From Nitrospirota bacterium (lineage in GTDB: Bacteria; Patescibacteriota; Gracilibacteria; UBA1369; LOWO2-01-FULL-3): DNA of 34,904 nt. The notes below the pieces were generated by a model. The model ran no database searches. It had not been told where the DNA came from and worked only from the letters and a program-made list of their open reading frames with translations. Positions 17,265-26,345 of this stretch are shown here, one piece after another. Made by a program: the position numbers and the translations under genes. The stretch covers positions 1 through 34,904 of the forward strand of contig JAUVQE010000003.1 in the NCBI GenBank assembly GCA_030598325.1, in the 5' to 3' direction. Numbering within the stretch: position 1 is the stretch's first letter; the number at the start of each line of letters is the position of its first letter.

Positions 17265-18380
17265 TCAAATCTTCTTGAATTCCGCCACCAAATATCCATC
17301 TGTCATTCCTGCGATATAATCCTTTACGGCCACAACAAAATCTTCATCGCCGACAATTCCGGGAAATTTAGAAGGATTTTTCATATAAAACTTAAATAAC
17401 TTTGAAATTTTCTGCTCCCCGGCCTTAACAAAATCATAAACCTTCGGATTCATATAAAAATTATCATACAAAAACTTGCGAAGAACGCCGGTCATCTTGT
17501 CCATTTCAGGGCTGAAATGAGCAAGAACGCCTTTATGTTGAACAACATCCTCAAGAGTTTTAATTTCAGAATTCTTAATGTTCGCCTCGGTCTGAGCGCA
17601 AAAATTTTCAATCATCAATGAAATTATCGTGCTGATTCCGCGGGAAACTTTTACCTCTTCGGATAAATCTTTGCCGTATCTTTTACCAACATCGCTCATC
17701 GCCATTTTCCAGATATCAAACTCAGCAAGCTTTTTAATATTAATCAGCCCGGACCGGAATCCGTCATCAATATCATGATTGGTATACGCAATTTCATCAG
17801 CAATATTAACAACCTGCGCCTCCAAATGCGCAGAAGTTTCAAATTTCTTTTCAGCCTGATCCCAGGAAGTCTGATGCTTAATGAGTCCGTCCAAAACTTC
17901 AAAACTCAAATTCAAACCGTCAAAATTGGGATAAGTCTTCTCCAAAACTTCAACAACCCTCCTGGATTGTTCGTTATGTTCAAAATGCATTCCATGTTCC
18001 TGCATAAGCTTATTAAGCATTTCCTCCCCGCCATGCCCAAACGGTGGATGCCCCAAATCATGCGCCAAAGCTATCGCCTCACACAAATCCTCGTTCAATC
18101 TTAGCCTGCGCGCAATATCACGGCTTATCTGGGCGACCTCAAGAGTGTGGGTTAGTCTGGTTCTGTAATGATCCCCGCTACCGGCGATAAAAACCTGAGT
18201 TTTTTCGTTCAGTCGGCGAAAGGCTTTGCTATGGATAATTCTGTCCTTATCTCTCTGAAAACACATACGTCCATCGTTAGCTTCCCTAGATTTTCGCCCA
18301 ATACTTTCCCCGCTTTTTATAGAATAAGGCGCGAGCCATTTTTTCTCTTTTTCCTCTAATTCTTCACGTGTTAGAGCCAT
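17265..18380 (-). CDS. dgt: dNTP triphosphohydrolase (dGTPase, HD family)
   Basis: FQRDKDRIIHSKAFRRL, RTRLTHTLEV, HDLGHPPFGH.GE, ADEIAY..HDIDD, DYIAGMTD. Confidence 0.95.
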   Translation of the reverse strand: MALTREELEEKEKKWLAPYSIKSGESIGRKSREANDGRMCFQRDKDRIIHSKAFRRLNEKTQVFIAGSGDHYRTRLTHTLEVAQISRDIARRLRLNEDLCEAIALAHDLGHPPFGHGGEEMLNKLMQEHGMHFEHNEQSRRVVEVLEKTYPNFDGLNLSFEVLDGLIKHQTSWDQAEKKFETSAHLEAQVVNIADEIAYTNHDIDDGFRSGLINIKKLAEFDIWKMAMSDVGKRYGKDLSEEVKVSRGISTIISLMIENFCAQTEANIKNSEIKTLEDVVQHKGVLAHFSPEMDKMTGVLRKFLYDNFYMNPKVYDFVKAGEQKISKLFKFYMKNPSKFPGIVGDEDFVVAVKDYIAGMTDGYLVAEFKKI

Positions 18381-18387
18381 AGGACAG

Positions 18388-18416
18388 TTGAAGTTAAAGC
18401 GACTATATGATATACT
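18388..18416 (+). promoter_or_regulatory. Sigma70 promoter of the 18444 gene
   Basis: TTGAAG, 17 bp, TG-a-TATACT. Confidence 0.65.
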
Positions 18417-18443
18417 ATATTAATCTAAAAACAAAAAAACATA

Positions 18444-18812
18444 GTGAAAAACGCACCAAGTCAGAAATCAAATCTTTCAGAAACAGCAAAGGAAGTAAAT
18501 CCATTGCTTATAAAAACGTACAAGGAATTAAGAGATGAAGTAATCGGAGAAAGAAAAGAATATTATAATGAAATGGAGGAGGAATATGGAAAAATAGAAC
18601 CAATTCCCGAAGCGTTGAGACAGGAAAATATGGTGAATCTGGCCAATAAAATAATTCGCGCAGAAGCAACGGAAGAAGAAAAAGTCGATTTTAGAATTCG
18701 TCTGGCGAGAGTAAAAAGTAAAGTTTTTTCAGATCCAGAATTGGATAATGACAAGAAAAAAACAATTGTAGACAATTTTGTCAGAAAATTACAGGACGTT
18801 GTGACCGGATAA
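18444..18812 (+). CDS. Hypothetical charged helical protein
   Basis: 122-aa ORF with a GTG start, flanked by a promoter and a hairpin. Confidence 0.7.
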   Translation: MKNAPSQKSNLSETAKEVNPLLIKTYKELRDEVIGERKEYYNEMEEEYGKIEPIPEALRQENMVNLANKIIRAEATEEEKVDFRIRLARVKSKVFSDPELDNDKKKTIVDNFVRKLQDVVTG

Positions 18813-18838
18813 AACGTATAAAACAAAAAGAATTTATG

Positions 18839-18869
18839 ATAGCCTTGTAGCAGATATAAGGCTATTTTT
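18839..18869 (+). terminator. Inverted repeat with T-tract immediately upstream of the xer gene
   Basis: ATAGCCTTGTA-gcaga-TATAAGGCTAT-TTTT. Confidence 0.55.
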
Positions 18870-19763
18870 ATGAAAATGGATTCCCTCATTCAGGATTTTC
18901 TGGAGTATTGCGAGGTTGCGCAGAACAAATCTGAAAGAACGATAGATAATTACAAAAGATATCTTGGAAGGTTTCAGGAATTTTTGGAAAAAAACATTAG
19001 TCCGTCACAAATTACATTAAAAATCATACAAAACTACAGACTTTACCTAAAACGCCAAGATCTAGGGCAAAAAACTCAAAACTATCATCTGATTTCGCTT
19101 CGCGCATTTCTGAAATACCTTTCAAAAAACGATATTAAAGCGCTCGCTCCGGAAAAAATAGAACTCAGCAAAACAGCGGAAAGAACAGTAGAAGTGCTTT
19201 CTCACGAAGAACTAAAAAGATTATTTTCAGCGATCGATCGCACTTCATCCGCCGGCTATCGCGACGCCGCAATCCTCGAAACACTCTATTCGACAGGCCT
19301 CCGTGTTTCCGAACTTGCCTCTCTAAATCGTGACCAGGTCGATATAAAAAGAAGAGAATTCATGGTCCGGGGAAAAGGCAAAAAGCCACGAATTGTTTTT
19401 TTATCAAAAAAAGCGGCCGAAATTATCCGGTCCTACATGAAAACTCGCGACGACAACTTCAACCCACTCTTTATTAACAGCGGAAAAGGTCAGTCGTCAG
19501 ATATCCTGGACTCAGAAGCCAGGCGCCTCTCCACTGTCTCCATCGAAAAAATCGTCCGAAAGTACGCCCTAAAAGCCGGCATCATCAAAAAAGTAACTCC
19601 ACACACCCTCCGTCACAGCTACGCGACCGAACTCCTGATAAACGGCGCTGACATTCGCTCCGTCCAGGAAATGCTCGGCCACAGTTCAATCACAACCACC
19701 CAAATCTACACCCACGTCACAAACAAAAAGCTCAAAGAGATTCACGATAAGTATCATCGATAA
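18870..19763 (+). CDS. Tyrosine recombinase, XerC/XerD family
   Basis: RDAAILETLYSTGLRVSEL, GKGKK.R, TPHTLRHSYATELL.NGADIR.VQEMLGH.....TQIYTH; catalytic R-K-H-R-H-Y set intact. Confidence 0.95.
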   Translation: MKMDSLIQDFLEYCEVAQNKSERTIDNYKRYLGRFQEFLEKNISPSQITLKIIQNYRLYLKRQDLGQKTQNYHLISLRAFLKYLSKNDIKALAPEKIELSKTAERTVEVLSHEELKRLFSAIDRTSSAGYRDAAILETLYSTGLRVSELASLNRDQVDIKRREFMVRGKGKKPRIVFLSKKAAEIIRSYMKTRDDNFNPLFINSGKGQSSDILDSEARRLSTVSIEKIVRKYALKAGIIKKVTPHTLRHSYATELLINGADIRSVQEMLGHSSITTTQIYTHVTNKKLKEIHDKYHR

Positions 19764-19765
19764 TC

Positions 19766-20524
19766 CTACTTCGCCACAAAACTGGTAGCTCCCAACCACG
19801 CCAAATCAAATATCGCCCTGTTCGTCTCAGCATTATTCGCGCTCTCTATAATCACCCCCATCATCTCATTCCGATCAAAAGAAAGCGTCGAAACCTTATT
19901 ATCATAGATATATTGGGCATTTTTGAACGCAAATTGCTTCGGGTTTACCGCAAAAATCTTAAGTAAATTATTTTCCGCAAGACCAATCAGGTTATTTTCA
20001 AAATATTTTTCATGAAATTCATCATTCGGACATAAAAATCTATGATTTTTCCCTTTCTTCAGCGCTTCCTCATTGTAATTCTCCAAAAAATCGGGATAAA
20101 GCTCGGAAACATACTTAAAGTTAACAAAACCCACAATTTCCCCTTTACATTCCAGCATATCGTCAAAAATCTCTCCTACTCGGGATTTCCCCTCCAAAAA
20201 ACGAACATTTGGCTTAAAACGGCGCGTATTCTGAAGATTAACAAGCTCAGGTACAAGTCTTTTCGCCACCCTGTAGTTATCCTCAGCGCCCTCAAGAATA
20301 GTCGCAGGATCCACGGGAATATAGAAAAGAACCCCATTTTTCTTTGTTTTCCGCAAAAACCCCTTCTTTTCAAGGTTTTCAAGAGTGTTATACGTGGTAA
20401 CTCTGTGAGAACCAGCCTTCTTTGCGATAGTTCCGGCACCTCCGCCACCGATTCCAAGAAGTACGGTATACACATTTGCCTCTTCCCGGGAAAAACCTAA
20501 TTTGTTAAGCTCACTTTTGACCAT
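19766..20524 (-). CDS. TrmB-family HTH transcriptional regulator
   Basis: LGFSREEANVY..LL, R.TTYNTLENL.KKG, P.VRFLEG, IYDNKV, IFDLAW. ATG 20524 preferred over the track start at 20563. Confidence 0.85.
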   Translation of the reverse strand: MVKSELNKLGFSREEANVYTVLLGIGGGGAGTIAKKAGSHRVTTYNTLENLEKKGFLRKTKKNGVLFYIPVDPATILEGAEDNYRVAKRLVPELVNLQNTRRFKPNVRFLEGKSRVGEIFDDMLECKGEIVGFVNFKYVSELYPDFLENYNEEALKKGKNHRFLCPNDEFHEKYFENNLIGLAENNLLKIFAVNPKQFAFKNAQYIYDNKVSTLSFDRNEMMGVIIESANNAETNRAIFDLAWLGATSFVAK

Positions 20525-20546
20525 CCGATTATGGGTTTGTAATAAA

Positions 20547-20574
20547 CTGTAGACGACTATCAACAGATATTATA
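20547..20574 (-). promoter_or_regulatory. -10 box and overlapping imperfect palindrome upstream of the TrmB-like gene
   Basis: Minus-strand TATAAT at 20574-20569; CTGTaGA-N6-TCaACAG at 20547-20566. Confidence 0.4.
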
Positions 20575-20686
20575 TGGTGCTAAACCCTATTTTTAAAGCG
20601 AAAATCCGAAATTTTGCCATTTTCCCGTTTGCAAAATGTAGATTTGTTTTATTGTGGAAATATGACTATCCAATTACTCCGTAAGT

Positions 20687-20695
20687 TGTTATAAT
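20687..20695 (+). promoter_or_regulatory. Extended -10 promoter; probably leaderless ftsE mRNA
   Basis: TG-t-TATAAT ends 6 nt before ATG 20702. Confidence 0.65.
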
Positions 20696-20701
20696 CGACA
20701 T

Positions 20702-21376
20702 ATGATCACCGTTGAAAAAGTCACAAAAGTATATGGGAAAAAAAGAGTACTGGATGATGTCTCCTTCGAAATAAAGGGAGGCGAATTTGTTTCTATAGTG
20801 GGAACTTCAGGAGCGGGAAAAACCACACTGATTCACGCAATGATTGGAGCGGAAGAAGTCGAAAAGGGAAGGATAAATATAGATCGGTACAATGTAACCG
20901 GGCTTTCAAAGTCAAAGATTCAGGAATACAGAAGAAAGATCGGAATAATTTTTCAGGATTACAAACTTTTGCCAAAAAAGACGGTTTTTGAAAATGTTGC
21001 ATTCGCGCTTGAAGTAGCGGGATACGGAAAAAGCTTCATTCAAAGACGAACGGCGGATGTGTTGAAACTTGTAGGACTGGAAGAACAGCGCAACCATTTC
21101 CCAAAACAATTATCAGGAGGGGAAAGACAAAGAACGGCAATAGCAAGAGCTCTGGTCCATGCGCCGGAACTTCTGATCGCGGATGAACCAACAGGAAATC
21201 TCGACCCGGAAAATGCAATCGCGCTCGCAAAATTATTTCTAAAAATAAACAAACACGGGACTACAGTAATAGTCGCGACTCACAACAAGGACATAGTTAG
21301 CGAATTCAACAAAAGAGTCATCACGCTAGACAAAGGGCGGCTGGTAAGCGACAAAGAGCACTCAACTTATAATTAA
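20702..21376 (+). CDS. ftsE: FtsE-like ABC ATPase
   Basis: GTSGAGKT, RRKIGIIFQDYKLL..KTVFENVAFAL, LSGGERQR, ADEPTGNLDP, ATH. Confidence 0.85.
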   Translation: MITVEKVTKVYGKKRVLDDVSFEIKGGEFVSIVGTSGAGKTTLIHAMIGAEEVEKGRINIDRYNVTGLSKSKIQEYRRKIGIIFQDYKLLPKKTVFENVAFALEVAGYGKSFIQRRTADVLKLVGLEEQRNHFPKQLSGGERQRTAIARALVHAPELLIADEPTGNLDPENAIALAKLFLKINKHGTTVIVATHNKDIVSEFNKRVITLDKGRLVSDKEHSTYN

Positions 21377-21381
21377 CAATC

Positions 21382-22389
21382 ATGGCAACATACGAAGAAT
21401 CCGGAGTAAACATAAATCTCGGTGATAAGTGTTCGGCAATCGCGTACTCGGCGGCAAAAAAAACTTTTGCGGGTCGCAAAGGGATGATAGGGGAGCCACT
21501 TACGGATGAAGGCGGTTTTTCCGGAGCGCTCGATATGGGCGATTATTATTTGGTGCAAAACGATGACGGGGTCGGAACAAAGATAAAAATTGCGGAAATG
21601 ATTGGGAAATACGACACTATGGCATACGACTTGATTGCGATGGTTGCCGATGACGCGGTTTGCATGGGAGCTGAAACAATTTCGATCACAAATACTTTAG
21701 ATGTAGATAAAGTAGATGAATCTAAAATTACACCACTGATGGCAGGGCTGGAAAAAGCCGCTTTAGAGCACAAAATCGTAGTTCCGGGAGGAGAAATCGC
21801 GGAACTTGGCGAAATGGTAAATGGATATATTTGGAATGCGACAGCGGTTGGGATTGTTGAAAAAAATAAATTTATAACCGGCGAAAATATCAAAAAAGGA
21901 GACAAATTAATAGGTCTCCACTCAGACGGCCTTCGCTCAAACGGATTTTCACTCGTACGTTACATCCTAAAAAATAAATTTGGAGAAAATTGGCACCGGG
22001 AACGCTTCAGTGATACACAAACTTGGGGCGAAGCGGTTCTTACTCCATCAAAAATTTACTCTTCCGCAATCCTCGAAATGCACGGACGGTACAAAGAAAA
22101 ACCAAAAGTAGACCTAAAAGGGGTCGTCCATGTAACCGGTGGTGGAATTTTTTCAAACACTGATCGGGTTTTAAAGAAAACAGGACTAAAAGGTCAGTTT
22201 ACAAATCTTCCCGAACCCCACGAAATGATGAAAAAACTCATGGAATTCGGAAACGTATCAAAAGAAGAAGCATACAAGACATGGAATATGGGAATTGGAA
22301 TGATTCTCATATCAAACGATGTAGAAGAAATCCGGAAAATCTGCTCAAAGCACAAAATCGAATCTCAGATCATCGGAGAAATCGGTTAA
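21382..22389 (+). CDS. purM: Phosphoribosylformylglycinamidine cyclo-ligase (AIR synthase)
   Basis: TYEESGVNI, DGVGTK, GGEIAE, SDGLRSNGFSL, HVTGGG, WNMGIG. Confidence 0.92.
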   Translation: MATYEESGVNINLGDKCSAIAYSAAKKTFAGRKGMIGEPLTDEGGFSGALDMGDYYLVQNDDGVGTKIKIAEMIGKYDTMAYDLIAMVADDAVCMGAETISITNTLDVDKVDESKITPLMAGLEKAALEHKIVVPGGEIAELGEMVNGYIWNATAVGIVEKNKFITGENIKKGDKLIGLHSDGLRSNGFSLVRYILKNKFGENWHRERFSDTQTWGEAVLTPSKIYSSAILEMHGRYKEKPKVDLKGVVHVTGGGIFSNTDRVLKKTGLKGQFTNLPEPHEMMKKLMEFGNVSKEEAYKTWNMGIGMILISNDVEEIRKICSKHKIESQIIGEIG

Positions 22390-22409
22390 AATAAATCTTC
22401 CCACAAAAC

Positions 22410-24635
22410 CTAAATCAAAGGCTCATCAAATTCAGGCTCCTCCTGATGCCCAAGGTCACCAAATTCCCCAGCTTCATCCCATTTTGAAAGCATTTCCTCG
22501 ACTTTGTCACGAGATTCGCAATAAGTCGCCCTGGAATTTGCAATAATTTCAGGAGCAAAATGATTTCCCGCTTTTACATTCGGACAATCAATAGTCCGCG
22601 CCGAAAACGCCTCACGAATCTCTCCATCCACAGACATTTTGCAATAAAATTCACGGACACCGAGATTTATAATATCCCTCTCTTTGAACACCGGCGTGTA
22701 TTCCTCAGCCAAAATCTTCGCATCATCAGCCCCTACACGGAAACTAATCACGGAACCAACATTACCAAACACCGTTTTTCTCACGAAATCAGACAACTGT
22801 CCCATATACTGATGCGCGATTGTCAAATTCAACCCGTACTTCCGCGCCTCCGACAAAATTTCCGCAAACGTATCCGTAGCAAAATTCTGAAACTCATCCA
22901 CATAACAATAAAAATCACATCTTTTACTTTCTTCCGTATCCGCCCGGGAAAGCGCCGCCTGATACAACTTCGTAATAATCATCGCGCCAAGCAAACCACT
23001 GTTTTCCTCACCAAGTAGCCCTTTCGAGACTTTTATGAAAATAATTTTTTGACCATCCATGATCTCCCGCAAATCAAATTTGCTATCCGGCTGACCAATA
23101 ATATTTCGAATCATATTCGTAGCGACAAACTGCCCAACCTTATTCAAAAGCGGCGTGATCGCCTCCGCATCAAACTTCTCACTCCATCCCGCAAACTCGC
23201 TCACCCAAAAATTCTTTACCACATTATCCTGAATCCGGGAAACAATGGTCTGACGATAGTTTTTATCAGTCAGCATTTTGAGAATAGAGAGGACGGTGGT
23301 ATTTGGACTATCAAGTAGCGCCAGAACCGTATACCTCAGCACATGTTCTAACCTGTCAGTCCAGTTTGAACCAAAAAGCTTCTTGAAAATCTGAATAAAG
23401 CCAATGGTCACCTGCATCTTTTGCGCCTCAGCAACATTTTCCATCGGATTAAAAGAAATCGGGAAATTCAGGTCAGCGGGATCAAAATAAATCACATCTT
23501 TTATACGATCTTTCGGCACATATTTCATGCAATTATCAACCAAATCTCCATGCGGATCCAAAACTCCAACGCCCTTTCCGGCTTCAATATCCTCTTTAAT
23601 CAAAAGTTCAAGCAATTTCGACTTACCGGAACCCGATTTTCCCACTACATAAAGATGCCGGCGCCGATCACTCCTTTTTATTCCAAACTTATCAAAATTG
23701 TTATGATAATTGGTGATACCAAAAACACTCACATCCTTTTCTCCCATTCTCGGTAGATCCTGTGGGGCCTCTGATTTCTTCGCGAGAACATGCACCACAT
23801 GTGGAACCAAATCCGGATTTGGCAAATGATATAAAGTAGCCAGCTCTTTCGGCCCCAGCATATAAGAATTCACCAACTTCCTTCCCCTGTACTCAGCCAA
23901 AAAAGTCTTTTCGTTCAAACGAACCGGTTTAAATTCCTGAACATCGGTCTTATTAAATTGATAAAAACTGTTTATAACGGCCTCAAGCCTCCTCCGGGCT
24001 TCGGCCTTGTCTTTCGAAAAATAAGCCAGACGAATCGTACAATGAAAAGGCTCCACCTTCGCCTTCTCTATAGCAAGCGTATTTCTCACTTTCATCACAC
24101 TATTTTCGTCCTTAATTCTCATTCTGTCACGAAGGGAAAAAACTTTTTTAAAATTATTCCACTTCAGGAAAATCCTGCGCTTAAAATGATGAAAAGCGCT
24201 CTCTTCCCGCGGGTTTATAACAACCTGGCACCAAACCTGATCTCCCGAAGCAATCTTTGAAACAACTGAAAAAAGCCGAATCTGACTATCCTCATCAAAT
24301 TCATCATAAGTTTTAAACGGATAAACATCACCTTTTCTAAGCCTTAACCTTACCCCGCTCATACCCATCTTATTCGAATCATAAGATTGGGTGTAATCGG
24401 AAGTCTCCTTGATTTCACAATCCGGATATGCGGAGTAAAGCAAACCCTCCATCGTTTCATAAAAATTATCCGGAACCGCGAAGAATAAATACGTATACTG
24501 CTCATAACCAAAAAATTCCATTGAAATCGTCACATTCTTAACCGTATTTTGCAAATTCACAAGAAGCTCCTGGAAAATAGTTTCCTTTTTCTTCACACCA
24601 TCTCCTTGTGGCACTACAACTTGAAAATACTTCAT
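22410..24635 (-). CDS. TrwB/TraD/VirD4-like (HerA-FtsK superfamily) ATPase
   Basis: DRRRHLYVVGKSGSGKS, LDPHGDL, FNP, YVDEFQNF, LSEARKY, AHQY..QL, FGNVGS; long N-terminal domain without a clear TM helix. Confidence 0.88.
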   Translation of the reverse strand: MKYFQVVVPQGDGVKKKETIFQELLVNLQNTVKNVTISMEFFGYEQYTYLFFAVPDNFYETMEGLLYSAYPDCEIKETSDYTQSYDSNKMGMSGVRLRLRKGDVYPFKTYDEFDEDSQIRLFSVVSKIASGDQVWCQVVINPREESAFHHFKRRIFLKWNNFKKVFSLRDRMRIKDENSVMKVRNTLAIEKAKVEPFHCTIRLAYFSKDKAEARRRLEAVINSFYQFNKTDVQEFKPVRLNEKTFLAEYRGRKLVNSYMLGPKELATLYHLPNPDLVPHVVHVLAKKSEAPQDLPRMGEKDVSVFGITNYHNNFDKFGIKRSDRRRHLYVVGKSGSGKSKLLELLIKEDIEAGKGVGVLDPHGDLVDNCMKYVPKDRIKDVIYFDPADLNFPISFNPMENVAEAQKMQVTIGFIQIFKKLFGSNWTDRLEHVLRYTVLALLDSPNTTVLSILKMLTDKNYRQTIVSRIQDNVVKNFWVSEFAGWSEKFDAEAITPLLNKVGQFVATNMIRNIIGQPDSKFDLREIMDGQKIIFIKVSKGLLGEENSGLLGAMIITKLYQAALSRADTEESKRCDFYCYVDEFQNFATDTFAEILSEARKYGLNLTIAHQYMGQLSDFVRKTVFGNVGSVISFRVGADDAKILAEEYTPVFKERDIINLGVREFYCKMSVDGEIREAFSARTIDCPNVKAGNHFAPEIIANSRATYCESRDKVEEMLSKWDEAGEFGDLGHQEEPEFDEPLI

Positions 24636-24645
24636 AATTAATCAA

Positions 24646-24654
24646 ATTTTAGCA
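24646..24654 (-). promoter_or_regulatory. Extended -10 promoter of the ATPase gene
   Basis: Minus strand TG-c-TAAAAT ends 10 nt before the ATG. Confidence 0.55.
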
Positions 24655-24683
24655 CACAATTAAAGCACTTTTCTCTTTTTTTG

Positions 24684-26345
24684 TCAATACACAGCCTCAC
24701 GATAGCATTTTTCGCAATAAATATTCCTTCCCTTCTCCGGATCATATGTAGTTTTAATATCACAACCACACTTATCACACTTATTCTCCCATAATTTCCT
24801 AGGATTTTTCGAAGCCAACAACTTCAAGTGTCTACAATCCGGACATCTCTTCGATAAATTTACTCCCATCCTCTTGCATAAATCAAATTCTTCTCTCAAA
24901 AATCTATAGTTCTTTCCACAATCCACACATGCTAATAACTTCCCGACAATATCATCCCCAGCCTTAAGAATAAGATCTGGGACCTCGCACTCACCCTTCT
25001 TATACCCTTTCGGATCCTTTTCCCTCCACTTCCATCCATTTTTCACAACTTCCTCCTCACTCATCGGAAAGTATTCATTGGCAACCGTCTCATTGTACGA
25101 ATACAGAGATAATTCAATCGGTAAAAACTCACCATACTCTCCTGTTTTTAAAACATGCTCTAAGACTTTGCTCCTTAATTCATTATATTCCTCAGCAGAA
25201 TATTTCTTGTTTAATACACAGTTTTCTGACTTTGAATGGATACCATCACATCCAAAACTATCCTTTAAATAAAAACAAGAATACAAATAATCACTATCAA
25301 TACTAGCTATCGTACAAAAAGAAAACCTCAGTCTTTTATTGCTTTCTCCACCTGAACAAAGCTCGTAGCACAACTCAATATCCTTATCATGCATTGCCAA
25401 ATCCATAGAATCCTTTACGTTAACTGCCTCATACATATATTTACAATCTTCCAAATCGAAACAATCATAACAGTCAAAACTATTTTTACAGTTTTGCATA
25501 TAATCACCAGAACAATTTTCACAATTAATTAGATTTCGTGCTTTTTTTGGAACTTTCTCACTAAATTCTATGAATTCTTTAAGCAGTTCTTCTGAATTTT
25601 GCGTTAACTTTCCCGTAACAATCTTTTTGTATTCTTCTTTTGAATATTGGTCGTTCTTAAAACAGTATTGTTTTTTTGAAAGACTCGCACACATAAAACA
25701 ATCACTACATCCAGTCGAGTCAGCCACATATAAACAATCTCTACAATTATTACAATTGATCATATTTTGAGAAGAATAACAGTTCTTACAATTTATAGAT
25801 GAACAAATAAGCTCACAATGATCTATAAAATTACAATCTAGACAATCGTTGGAGTATTGACTCTTTCTACAGTAATAACAATCTTCCAAAAAATAGCTAC
25901 CAGGACTCATATAAGTATTTTTGCAAAAAGCTAATAAGCTATTATAATCTGAATTTTCATTATTCAACTGAAGCAACCCCATCTTTGGGACAACATCAAG
26001 TAATTCTTTATACTGATCAAAAAATGGCCTGGAGAAATCAAAGTCTCGCCCATAATCCATTGCATCCCATTTATCACTCCACCAACAATCAACACAATAA
26101 ACAGGAAAACTTACTTTATCATCAAAAAAAGACACCATGGATTTTTCACATAAGTCACATTTTCTTTTATATAAATAGCGTTCATTTCTGAAAGCTAATC
26201 TCCGTTGTTGCCTGCAATCAGGACAAAGAGTCGGCGGTGGAACTTCATATTTTCTTCCCCCAAATTCAGGAGAAATCTTTTTGAAAAAAGCCAAATCATC
26301 TTCGGCAATCTCAAACTCAGAACCACATTGTTTACAATTATCCAT
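24684..26345 (-). CDS. Cys-rich protein: terminal zinc-ribbon modules around a Cys-repeat core (paralog 2)
   Basis: CKQC..CPDC, CDLC-x17-CVDC, CVDC..CPDC, CDKC-x17-CEKC and central Cys repeats. ATG 26345 (MDNC) overlaps the upstream stop by 8 nt. Confidence 0.85.
   Translation of the reverse strand: MDNCKQCGSEFEIAEDDLAFFKKISPEFGGRKYEVPPPTLCPDCRQQRRLAFRNERYLYKRKCDLCEKSMVSFFDDKVSFPVYCVDCWWSDKWDAMDYGRDFDFSRPFFDQYKELLDVVPKMGLLQLNNENSDYNSLLAFCKNTYMSPGSYFLEDCYYCRKSQYSNDCLDCNFIDHCELICSSINCKNCYSSQNMINCNNCRDCLYVADSTGCSDCFMCASLSKKQYCFKNDQYSKEEYKKIVTGKLTQNSEELLKEFIEFSEKVPKKARNLINCENCSGDYMQNCKNSFDCYDCFDLEDCKYMYEAVNVKDSMDLAMHDKDIELCYELCSGGESNKRLRFSFCTIASIDSDYLYSCFYLKDSFGCDGIHSKSENCVLNKKYSAEEYNELRSKVLEHVLKTGEYGEFLPIELSLYSYNETVANEYFPMSEEEVVKNGWKWREKDPKGYKKGECEVPDLILKAGDDIVGKLLACVDCGKNYRFLREEFDLCKRMGVNLSKRCPDCRHLKLLASKNPRKLWENKCDKCGCDIKTTYDPEKGRNIYCEKCYREAVY

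Noticed and set aside
17265-18380. Anti-phage dGTPase
   Set aside because: Its short housekeeping-type sequence and linkage to nrdR favour dNTP pool control; no defence-island context.
18395-18425. NrdR box upstream of dgt-nrdR
   Set aside because: Only a loose AT-rich resemblance, explained by overlapping divergent -10 boxes.
18839-18865. Canonical chromosomal dif site
   Set aside because: It lacks the TTATGTTAAA XerD arm, and by eye the strand bias does not flip here. Kept only as a weaker finding.
18444-20524. xer gene as the integrase of a prophage or genomic island
   Set aside because: It looks like a housekeeping XerC/D enzyme; no phage genes, tRNA target or flanking direct repeats were seen.
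20547-20566. E. coli-type LexA box
   Set aside because: Spacing is CTGT-N12-ACAG, not N8.
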